Below are positions 1 through 6,874 of a DNA stretch of 39,011 nt, one piece after another. Source of the stretch: a virus (Duplodnaviria; Caudoviricetes); the IMG/VR virus record IMGVR_UViG_3300025569_000023, positions 1 to 39,011 of that record; one strand, given 5' to 3'. The translations under genes and the position numbers were made by a program. A model generated the notes under the pieces. It was not told the origin of the DNA and ran no database searches. It saw only the letters and a list, made by a program, of their open reading frames with translations. The stretch's first letter is position 1. The number at the start of each line of letters is the position of its first letter.

Positions 1-155
1 TTCCTTCAGGTTTTGCATTGAGCATTGAGAGAGATATGCACCTTTTATTTTTATATATATAATATTCAATAATATCAATAATTGAACATTTGAATAAATT
101 TAAATTTTGTTCGAATTAAAAATATTTATGTTTGAACAAAAATCAAAATCATTCT

Positions 156-350
156 AATGTTCAAATAGAAATAATTTTAATATGATTAATATTATAAATT
201 CGAATATCTGAATACCAGGTTAAAATATTCAAATGTTCAAATAGAAATAATTTTAATATGATTAATATTATAAATTCGAATATCTGAATACCAGGGTAAA
301 ATGTTCAAATGTTCAAATAAAAATAATTTTAATATGATTAATATTATAAA
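156..350. repeat. 76-bp tandem repeat, ~2.6 copies
   Basis: Unit AATGTTCAAATAGAAATAATTTTAATATGATTAATATTATAAATTCGAATATCTGAATACCAGG... restarts at 156, 232 and 308. Confidence 0.92.
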
Positions 351-378
351 AATGATCATTTGAATAAAATCGTATTTA

Positions 379-529
379 GTTCAAATAATTAAATTTATAA
401 TATTTGAAATATTAAAAATTTGAATATTCGAATACCAGGGTAATTTGTTCAAATAATTAAATTTATAATATTTGAAATATTAAAAATTTGAATATTCGAA
501 TACCAGGGTAATTTGTTCAAATAATTAAA
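379..529. repeat. 68-bp tandem repeat, ~2.2 copies
   Basis: Unit GTTCAAATAATTAAATTTATAATATTTGAAATATTAAAAATTTGAATATTCGAATACCAGGGTAATTT restarts at 379, 447 and 515. It shares GTTCAAATA and GAATACCAGG cores with the 76-bp repeat. Confidence 0.92.
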
Positions 530-750
530 ATCATAATATAATCAAATTTATATTGTTCAATTTATATAATTATATTTCATTTCATTTTTTAATTATTATT
601 TATTTCATTTCATTATTTATTATTATTTATTTCATTTCATTATTATATTAAATATTAATTGAACAATATAAATTTTATAATTAAAATGAAATATATTTAT
701 ACCAAAAACTTTAGCATTTTGTTAACAAAATTTTAGCTTAAAATATTTTT

Positions 751-780
751 ATTTTTCGATCAAAGGTTGTATATTTATAT
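751..780 (+). promoter_or_regulatory. Bacteroidota-type promoter P1 (TATATTTA -7-like box)
   Basis: ATTTTTCGATCAAAGGTTGTATATTTAT; the same architecture recurs upstream of several transcription units. Confidence 0.6.
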
Positions 781-866
781 TATCAAAAGAGAGAAAAAAA
801 ATCGAAAATGATCTTTCAGAAAAAATTGAAAGAATTTTAACAAAAAAAAGTTGACAAAAATTTTTA

Positions 867-896
867 ATTTTCGATTTTTTTTCTTATCTTTATAAT
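867..896 (+). promoter_or_regulatory. Bacteroidota-type promoter P2 (TATCTTTA box)
   Basis: TTTTCGATTTTTTTTCTTATCTTTATAAT upstream of the 982 ATG. Confidence 0.6.
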
Positions 897-981
897 AACA
901 AAATGAATAAAAAATATGAATTGAGACAATTTTAACATATTGTCCTTAGCTTGATTTTATCACTTTTCTAAATATAGTATT

Positions 982-1413
982 ATGAAAAAGTCTGAAAATC
1001 AAGCCATTGTTGACAATGCTGTCGAGTCCACTAATTCTGTTTCTCGTGGCAAATCGTTTGTCGCTTTCGTAGAAAATGACGACAAAACCTTCACGTACGA
1101 AGGTCGCTATGTATCGTTGTCAGATTTTTCGAAGAAGCATAACGACGAAGGTGTACTGACGAACAACCTGCGCCCTGTGTTGTCAGGCAAAGTTCGCATC
1201 ATCAAAAAGTACACGTTGTTCTACGAGAAATATAGTGAACTTGACCATCTGATCGGCTATGACGAATGGCTGGCTGAAGATGACACTCGTCAACATGGCG
1301 ACTTTCCGGACGAGATTTACTTTAGTAAAGGGTATATTCGCGGTCTGAGCACTCGTGTACCTATGCAACAAGTCATAGAGCAACTTGAGAAATTAGGCTG
1401 GTCGAAGAAGTAA
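982..1413 (+). CDS. NUMOD1-like DNA-binding protein, paralogue of 4420..5034
   Basis: KSFVAF..EGRYVSL..PVLSGKVRII..LFY..GYDEWLAEDDTRQHGDFPDEI aligns with the C-terminal half of 4420..5034. Has its own promoter and terminator. Confidence 0.6.
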   Translation: MKKSENQAIVDNAVESTNSVSRGKSFVAFVENDDKTFTYEGRYVSLSDFSKKHNDEGVLTNNLRPVLSGKVRIIKKYTLFYEKYSELDHLIGYDEWLAEDDTRQHGDFPDEIYFSKGYIRGLSTRVPMQQVIEQLEKLGWSKK

Positions 1414-1426
1414 ATTCGTCAAATTC

Positions 1427-1463
1427 AAGAGTTAGAGATTGATTTCTCTAACTCTTTTTTTTT
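1427..1463 (+). terminator. Rho-independent terminator
   Basis: Stem AAGAGTTAGAGA / TCTCTAACTCTT followed by a long T run. Confidence 0.9.
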
Positions 1464-1835
1464 ATTTTTGTTCTGTATCGTTACATAGGGGTAGAATTAA
1501 ATCTAACCATCGTCCCTTATCGCGCGGTATCATGTCATAGGTCAAATTTTGATGTCGAAGCATCGACCTATATCACCTTCCTGGATTGTATCATATATTG
1601 ACCTCGCCCTGGATAAACCTATCCTATCAATTGGTATTATATGAATTTTAATAATTCAACGTTTACAATTTGACACACTATCTATTATAATACCATATGG
1701 TGCCGAACGGCCGAGTTTTTTGGAAATATTTCAAAACAACCTATACCCTTATTATTTAATTAATCAAATAAATCATATCAATTATATTATTTTAAATTAT
1801 CATAAACTATATATCATATAATATATACAAATCAA

Positions 1836-1855
1836 TGTAATAAATTTATTACATT
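1836..1855 (+). promoter_or_regulatory. dispersed palindromic motif, copy 1
   Basis: TGTAATAAATTTATTACATT. Confidence 0.85.
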
Positions 1856-2004
1856 ATATATAATATGTTATACAATATATACCCAGGAGGTGCCAGGTGG
1901 TAATTAGATCAAAATCCAAAATCCTGGTGTACTTTTTACCCTATACCCCCTTTTTTATATATTTCTGTATAAAAAAATAATAAAATTAAGTGTTAAAATA
2001 TTTT

Positions 2005-2033
2005 TATTTCTCAATATTTTTTATTATATTTAA
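2005..2033 (+). promoter_or_regulatory. Bacteroidota-type promoter P3
   Basis: TATTTCTCAATATTTTTTATTATATTTAA upstream of ATG 2077. Confidence 0.5.
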
Positions 2034-2076
2034 TGAACAAAATAATTTATTTCTAAATCTTAAAACTGAGTACGTC

Positions 2077-2373
2077 ATGAACAAGTACACTGTTTATTTA
2101 GCGAAAGTTAACAACATAGTTAACAAAGCTGAGCACGCTTTCATATTCTTTATTAAAGACGATGCACAATATACGCGTAGTAATTTTATATACACTACGC
2201 TATATAATTGGTATAATTATAAAGAAAATTACGAATTGGAGTTGACAGAAGGTCTCATGGATGAATTCGCTATATATCAAAGATTTGTATATGAAACCAC
2301 TATAGAATTAGAAAAAATAGGTACAAAACCTTGTCACGAACGTAGTTGTTCATATTTCATGTTCATCTTTTAA
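2077..2373 (+). CDS. hypothetical early protein, paralogue of 3000..3278
   Basis: ATG at 2077 (MNKYTVYLAK) preferred because the longer GTG ORF runs through the promoter. Aligns with 3000..3278. Confidence 0.75.
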   Translation: MNKYTVYLAKVNNIVNKAEHAFIFFIKDDAQYTRSNFIYTTLYNWYNYKENYELELTEGLMDEFAIYQRFVYETTIELEKIGTKPCHERSCSYFMFIF

Positions 2374-2383
2374 TATCTATATT

Positions 2384-2692
2384 ATGAAAAAGCTAACTAT
2401 TATTTATTGGGACCAAGAATCTTTTGCTGTTTGTAGTCGTATATTTGATATAGAAGAATATACGATGGCAGAAGCAAATATTGTTATAGCGAATGATCCA
2501 AATGATGATGGATATTTTGAAACAGCTATAGATGATATAAGAGATCACATTGATAAAATCTATGTCTGTGAAAAATATTATATCTATTTTAAATTAAAAA
2601 CAGGTAAATATAATGTTCAAATTTCTAATCTTTATATTACAACAAATAGTATCATTGATGTTTTAGAAGCCTTAAACGATTTAATGTCATGA
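2384..2692 (+). CDS. hypothetical acidic early protein
   Basis: 102-aa ORF with ATGA overlap to the next gene. Confidence 0.8.
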   Translation: MKKLTIIYWDQESFAVCSRIFDIEEYTMAEANIVIANDPNDDGYFETAIDDIRDHIDKIYVCEKYYIYFKLKTGKYNVQISNLYITTNSIIDVLEALNDLMS

Positions 2693-2988
2693 AAAAGTCA
2701 CATTTTTTAACTATTAATATAGAAATCTGTAAATATTTTGATGACTTTTTATTTGATCAATATCAATTAGATATAGTCGAAAAATTTACAGAAATCTGTG
2801 ATACTCATGGTTTCGACCAAAATCAAATGTTAATAGAATTTTTCGATCTTGATAAATTCTTTTATCGAATTGAACATTTACCTGATGCTGATGAAAAAAT
2901 TGAATTAATGTTTCAAGATTTGAATCTTTTTGTAGATATATACGAAAATATATATTTACGTTTTATTAAATCCATTTGTCTCAATTAA
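2689..2988 (+). CDS. hypothetical acidic/aromatic early protein
   Basis: 99-aa ORF rich in D/E/F, in operon context. Confidence 0.8.
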   Translation: MKKSHFLTINIEICKYFDDFLFDQYQLDIVEKFTEICDTHGFDQNQMLIEFFDLDKFFYRIEHLPDADEKIELMFQDLNLFVDIYENIYLRFIKSICLN

Positions 2989-2999
2989 AATCTAAAATC

Positions 3000-3278
3000 A
3001 TGATCATCAATGTATTTATTGTTAAGGCAAGAAACATTACATTACATAAATATAATGTATTTGCCTTCTATTTACCTGATAAGACTGATTATCGAGAATT
3101 CAACGAAATAATCAACGATACCTTATTTGAATTTTATGGTTATAACGATCTTGTGAATGATGGAGAATTAACAGAACTAACGGCATATAAAAACTTTATT
3201 AATGAAACAGAGATTGAAACAGAAAATGCCGGTACAATTGAAGCAGTCTACGTCGATCCTTATATAGTGATTTGTTAG
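3000..3278 (+). CDS. hypothetical early protein, paralogue of 2077..2373
   Basis: ATG at 3000 (MIINVFIVKARNI); shares TL(F/Y)xxYxY and YxxFxxETxIExExxGT with 2077..2373. Confidence 0.75.
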   Translation: MIINVFIVKARNITLHKYNVFAFYLPDKTDYREFNEIINDTLFEFYGYNDLVNDGELTELTAYKNFINETEIETENAGTIEAVYVDPYIVIC

Positions 3279-3295
3279 ACTTATACAATACTTTG

Positions 3296-3325
3296 AGGAC
3301 TATGAAAAGTCATAGTCCTTTTTTG
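3296..3325 (+). terminator. Rho-independent terminator
   Basis: AGGACTATGA-AAAG-TCATAGTCCT followed by a T run. Confidence 0.9.
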
Positions 3326-3330
3326 TTTCA

Positions 3331-3450
3331 TTTTGATCCATCGTCCCCTAATAGGGTCTATCATGGTCTATCGTGGTCTATCATGTCCTACCATGGTCTA
3401 CTAAGGTCCATCGTGATATACCAAGATCCATCGTATCTTACCCTGGATCA
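3331..3450. repeat. degenerate 10-bp tandem repeat, ~12 units
   Basis: ATAGGGTCTA TCATGGTCTA TCGTGGTCTA TCATGTCCTA CCATGGTCTA CTAAGGTCCA TCGTGATATA CCAAGATCCA...; consensus about TCATGGTCTA. Confidence 0.8.
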
Positions 3451-3517
3451 ACGGTTACATCGTCACTAATAGTATCCTGGTCTACCAGGGATTACATCAT
3501 CATTAATAACTACCATC

Positions 3518-3742
3518 ATGACACATCTAACAGATGAATTTGAAAAGAATTATCTAAGCATCGATCGATTGATTCTTTTATTTACAGAAATCAATAATGA
3601 TTGTGCCAAAAGAGGAGAACCGGTTGTTCCTCTCGATGATACAGAATATTATACAGAACAAATTCAAAATATTTTTGATTTGTCTGATGAAGATTCTGAA
3701 GATTTAGCAAACAAAATAAAAGATGCGATTATCAAGCGGTAA
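3518..3742 (+). CDS. small acidic hypothetical protein
   Basis: 74-aa ORF with an A-rich leader, followed by a GC-rich hairpin at ~3751-3781. Confidence 0.7.
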   Translation: MTHLTDEFEKNYLSIDRLILLFTEINNDCAKRGEPVVPLDDTEYYTEQIQNIFDLSDEDSEDLANKIKDAIIKR

Positions 3743-3881
3743 TTAGATCCAGGGGGAATTTCCAAGTGAGGATTTCCCCCTATACCCGCTATCAAATGGT
3801 ATCGAAATTAAATCATTTTTTTCAATTTAATAATTTATACCTATAGCCATGTCCACTCCTCTTTTAAACCATTAGTCGCCG

Positions 3882-3927
3882 AAAGCACCGAAATGTAATA
3901 AATTTATTACGTTACGGTGCTTTTTTT
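3882..3927 (+). terminator. terminator-like hairpin whose upper stem is palindromic motif copy 2 (3894-3913)
   Basis: AAAGCACCG-AAA-TGTAATAAATTTATTACGTT-A-CGGTGCTTTTTTT. Confidence 0.75.
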
Positions 3928-3930
3928 AGT

Positions 3931-4245
3931 TGTAACATTATTGTAACATTTATAACATTGTGTTTACATCATAACTGATTGATTATCAATGCTTTATTTA
4001 TTATTATTATTTATTTGTTACAATGTTACAATGTTACAATTAAAAATAATAAAAAAATAATAAATAAATAAATAAGGGAAGGTATAATTAATATAATATA
4101 TAAAGTGCCGGCTCTTTTTTAACCCTTTTTGTGTAACATATTGATAATCAACCAGTTAAGTGTTTCTTACATTATGTAAAAACTTGATTATCAATTAGTT
4201 ATAAAAGTAACAAGTATTGCAACAACCTTTCGAAAGCATGTAACA
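3931..4245. other. putative replication origin (iteron-like TGTAACA/TGTTACA arrays)
   Basis: TGTAACA at 3931, 3942, 4132, 4239; TGTTACA at 4016, 4024, 4032; TTGATTATCAA-type boxes near 3979, 4141 and 4184; A/T tracts; non-coding. Confidence 0.55.
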
Positions 4246-4256
4246 TACCACGGAGT

Positions 4257-4276
4257 TGTAATAAATTTATTACATT
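4257..4276 (+). promoter_or_regulatory. dispersed palindromic motif, copy 3
   Basis: TGTAATAAATTTATTACATT about 100 bp upstream of promoter P4. Confidence 0.85.
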
Positions 4277-4360
4277 TTCCCGATCATAATGTCCTAACTG
4301 CCGTTGTAAATGGTTAATTCTGGTGAAAAAAAAATAAAAAAAACTTAGCCAAAAATTTTT

Positions 4361-4390
4361 ATTTTTCAAATAATTTTTGTATATTGCATT
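4361..4390 (+). promoter_or_regulatory. Bacteroidota-type promoter P4
   Basis: TTTCAAATAATTTTTGTAT-ATTGC; the first 19 bp are identical to P5 (6847-6865). Confidence 0.7.
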
Positions 4391-4419
4391 ATTAATTAAT
4401 TAATTAAATCCTTATTATT

Positions 4420-5034
4420 ATGGCACAACAACCTGAAAACACAGTACGGATAAAGAAATATCCGCGCTATTTCCTCAGCCTGGATGGCAAAGTTTACGAT
4501 TCTGAAGATGACTGGAAACAACTCAAGTCGAGTAAACATGCAGAAACCGGGCTCTTCATGTATACGTTTGTCAAAGGCAATTCTGTTCATGCATGGTTCG
4601 TCACCGACACAACCATGGAAGAACATTTCCCTGGCGGTAAAATGCCTGCATCTGGCGGCTCCGGTCCCAAAACAAAGCCGTTCGTGGTATTCGATATCAC
4701 CGGCAAGTTCATTGGACGTTTCGCCACCCAACAATCCCTGGTTGATACCATCGATGTTATCGCCAAAACAAACGGTATCCCACCCGTTCTCAAAGGTCGT
4801 GTTCGCACCATCGCCGGCCATCACTTGTTCTATGCAGGTGATTGGAGTGACGGAGAAGCCGACTACCAAGGTTATGATTCTTGGCTTGCTCAAGATAAAA
4901 CCAGGAAAGAAGGCGACTTCCCGCATGAAATCCATGCCCAATTCGGATGGGTCTTTGGACGCACTCGCCGGGTACCGGTTGAAGAAGCATTCACCGCCAT
5001 CAAGGCTGCTCAAAAACAACCGGCTGAAGCCTAA
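4420..5034 (+). CDS. NUMOD4-like + NUMOD1-like DNA-binding protein without an HNH/GIY-YIG nuclease domain
   Basis: N-terminal IKKYPRYFLSLDGKVY..QLK is NUMOD4-like; KPFVVFDITGKFIGRF..VLKGRVRTIAGHHLFY is NUMOD1-like; no HNH motif lies between them. Confidence 0.65.
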   Translation: MAQQPENTVRIKKYPRYFLSLDGKVYDSEDDWKQLKSSKHAETGLFMYTFVKGNSVHAWFVTDTTMEEHFPGGKMPASGGSGPKTKPFVVFDITGKFIGRFATQQSLVDTIDVIAKTNGIPPVLKGRVRTIAGHHLFYAGDWSDGEADYQGYDSWLAQDKTRKEGDFPHEIHAQFGWVFGRTRRVPVEEAFTAIKAAQKQPAEA

Positions 5035-5046
5035 TTTTTCAACACC

Positions 5047-5085
5047 TAGTCATGACTATCTTTATGGTAGTCATGACTTCTTTTT
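5047..5085 (+). terminator. Rho-independent terminator
   Basis: AGTCATGACTATC..GGTAGTCATGACT followed by TCTTTTT. Confidence 0.8.
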
Positions 5086-5103
5086 CCCAACATATTAAAA
5101 ATA

Positions 5104-5505
5104 ATGATCATGCAATACGAATGTATGAATTGTGGACATCCTTGTGATTCTAAAATGTACCCGTGTCCAGAATGTGGTGCTAAATCTTATGCCCCTATTA
5201 ACATTTTGAAACACGCAGATAGAATTGTAAATAAACGACTCGAAGAAAAAGAACGACAATACGGACCATTTATTGAGACAATGGAAATGACTGCTTTGGC
5301 ATTTAATGCGATAACTCGATACAAATATAATCTTCAAACGTCTGATATTTATATAATTTATGCCTTACATAAATTGGTAAGGGAAGGTCATAAACATAAA
5401 TATGATAACTTGTTAGATGCCATAGCGTATCTCTCAAGCCTCAATGATTTTCACCAAATGCAAAAAGAAGTCAATCCAGAAGAAGATGATGAAGATTATA
5501 TTTAA
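5104..5505 (+). CDS. Zn-ribbon + DUF6378-like helical domain protein
   Basis: CMNC..CPEC, then ILKHADRIVN..RQYG..KLVREGHKHKYDNLLDAIAY. Confidence 0.6.
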   Translation: MIMQYECMNCGHPCDSKMYPCPECGAKSYAPINILKHADRIVNKRLEEKERQYGPFIETMEMTALAFNAITRYKYNLQTSDIYIIYALHKLVREGHKHKYDNLLDAIAYLSSLNDFHQMQKEVNPEEDDEDYI

Positions 5506-5701
5506 AAATGGTGAAGTTTTTGATACACGTCCTTATTTAGAATTAAAGAATGGATTGTATCTAACCAGTCCACAAATTCGTGAACAACTGGTTAAACTTC
5601 ATCATCCTGATAAACATCAAGAATATATTAACCATATTTCTAAATTTAATAAAACGTTTGATCATGTTACGCGTTACCTACAAGAAAATAAGAAACGTTA
5701 A
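5486..5701 (+). CDS. small protein with an HPD motif (minimal J-domain-like)
   Basis: QIREQLVKLHHPDKHQEYINHISKFNKTFDHV; ATG 5486 preferred. Confidence 0.45.
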   Translation: MMKIIFKNGEVFDTRPYLELKNGLYLTSPQIREQLVKLHHPDKHQEYINHISKFNKTFDHVTRYLQENKKR

Positions 5702-6101
5702 AGACCCAGTAAAAGCCCATTTACCTGATGCCGGTTGGGATTTTTTCATACCTAAAACGTTCGACCGCGAAGAATTATTCCCGCAACATTCGATCGTAAT
5801 ACCCTCTGGTATTATCATGTATATACCATTTGGATGGGCGTTACTACTTGTTGATAAATCCGGTATTTCAACAAAACACGGGCTAATCATCGGTGCTAAG
5901 TTAATAGATTGTGAATACACTGATGAAATTCACTATCATTTGATAAACACTGGTACAGAACCCGTTATTCTTTTGCCAGAACAAAAAATTGTACAAGGTA
6001 TTTTTCTACAAGTACCTTATGTTGAATTGTTCGATCTTGATAAAAATTTGCCAAAAAGTAAAACACGTCAAGGCGGTTTCGGTTCTACTGGATCTTTTTA
6101 A
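5664..6101 (+). CDS. dut: trimeric dUTPase
   Basis: AGWDF, KSG, IDCEYTDEI, Q and C-terminal RQGGFGSTG motifs; ATG at 5664. Confidence 0.95.
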   Translation: MLRVTYKKIRNVKDPVKAHLPDAGWDFFIPKTFDREELFPQHSIVIPSGIIMYIPFGWALLLVDKSGISTKHGLIIGAKLIDCEYTDEIHYHLINTGTEPVILLPEQKIVQGIFLQVPYVELFDLDKNLPKSKTRQGGFGSTGSF

Positions 6102-6121
6102 TGTAATAAATTTCTTACATT
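6102..6121 (+). promoter_or_regulatory. dispersed palindromic motif, copy 4 (the entire intergenic spacer)
   Basis: TAA-TGTAATAAATTTCTTACA-TT-ATG. Confidence 0.9.
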
Positions 6122-6418
6122 ATGGGTCACCAAGGTATCATAGAAGGTGCTAAACCACCACAACGTCCTCAAATGGGATGGGGATATTGTCTTGCTGGCT
6201 ACGGTTATTTTAATCTACGTCAAATTGTTCATATTACAGAAATACAACGATTTGAAGATGATGATGGAACAATTGTACTTAGATATATTATTACTACCGT
6301 AGCTCAAAAATTCCAAATAGAATGTTTTACCACTACAAAGGATTATTTAGAAGATGCTAATTTATTTGTGCTAAAGTATAATAATTTAATCACCTCGTTT
6401 TTAACATTAATACCATGA
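6122..6418 (+). CDS. hypothetical protein
   Basis: 98-aa ORF with ATGA overlap to the next gene. Confidence 0.75.
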   Translation: MGHQGIIEGAKPPQRPQMGWGYCLAGYGYFNLRQIVHITEIQRFEDDDGTIVLRYIITTVAQKFQIECFTTTKDYLEDANLFVLKYNNLITSFLTLIP

Positions 6419-6585
6419 AAAAATACACCTTGTTCGACATTTTATTAGTTTTAGTAGCGATAGCCTTATTCACTTTGCCTGATCATTCAACTATTAAAGT
6501 TACTATTACTGAAAAATTCATAGTGATCGGTGCGTGCGCATTAATTGGTTATATATTCATAAATTTTTTAAACAAGAAACAATGA
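6415..6585 (+). CDS. small two-TM membrane protein (56 aa, not in the ORF track)
   Basis: MKKYTLFDILLVLVAIALFTLPDHSTIKVTITEKFIVIGACALIGYIFINFLNKKQ; ATGA overlaps at both ends. Confidence 0.75.
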   Translation: MKKYTLFDILLVLVAIALFTLPDHSTIKVTITEKFIVIGACALIGYIFINFLNKKQ

Positions 6586-6803
6586 ACTTGATTCCAGTTA
6601 AATTAAGATTAACATACATATGTGCAGTACGACCTCACAATCGGTTAGTTCCTGGGGTTGATTTGGATAAAATAAGCGATTGTAATAATACACACATTGT
6701 GTATAAAGATATTGCATGGTATTGGGTGATTATACAACAACATAAAGTTTTGTTGGGTATAACACTCGAAGGAGAAATGTATAGTGAATTATTTAAACCT
6801 TAA
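6582..6803 (+). CDS. hypothetical protein
   Basis: ATG 6582 (MNLIPVKLR) overlaps the previous stop. Confidence 0.65.
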   Translation: MNLIPVKLRLTYICAVRPHNRLVPGVDLDKISDCNNTHIVYKDIAWYWVIIQQHKVLLGITLEGEMYSELFKP

Positions 6804-6842
6804 TATACCCACAAAATTAAAACTTTTTTCGTTGATCATTTT

Positions 6843-6874
6843 TATATTTCAAATAATTTTTGTATCTTTATAAT
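6843..6874 (+). promoter_or_regulatory. Bacteroidota-type promoter P5
   Basis: TTTCAAATAATTTTTGTATCTTTATAAT. Confidence 0.7.

Noticed and set aside
156-529. CRISPR array
   Set aside because: The units are whole tandem duplications with no unique spacers, and no cas operon is present.
851-896. Canonical sigma70 promoter TTGACA...TATAAT
   Set aside because: The spacing is 34 bp rather than ~17 bp; the Bacteroidota-type box explains the site better.
1836-1853. Palindrome as a host TyrR box (TGTAAA-N6-TTTACA)
   Set aside because: Only superficially similar: the conserved centre, directionality and stop/start placement do not fit, and TyrR is a proteobacterial regulator.
1990-2076. N-terminal extension of the 1990 ORF (similarly for 5580, 10229, 16201 and 30515)
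   Set aside because: The extensions run through promoters, terminators or upstream genes; internal ATGs fit better.
3272-3469. 65-aa ORF
   Set aside because: TTG start, crosses a terminator, and its sequence is a by-product of the 10-bp repeat.
4396-5098. Long overlapping ORFs 4396..5019 (-) and 4484..5098 (+)
   Set aside because: Shadow frames of the GC-richer 4420..5034 gene; only 4420 has a paralogue, promoter and terminator.
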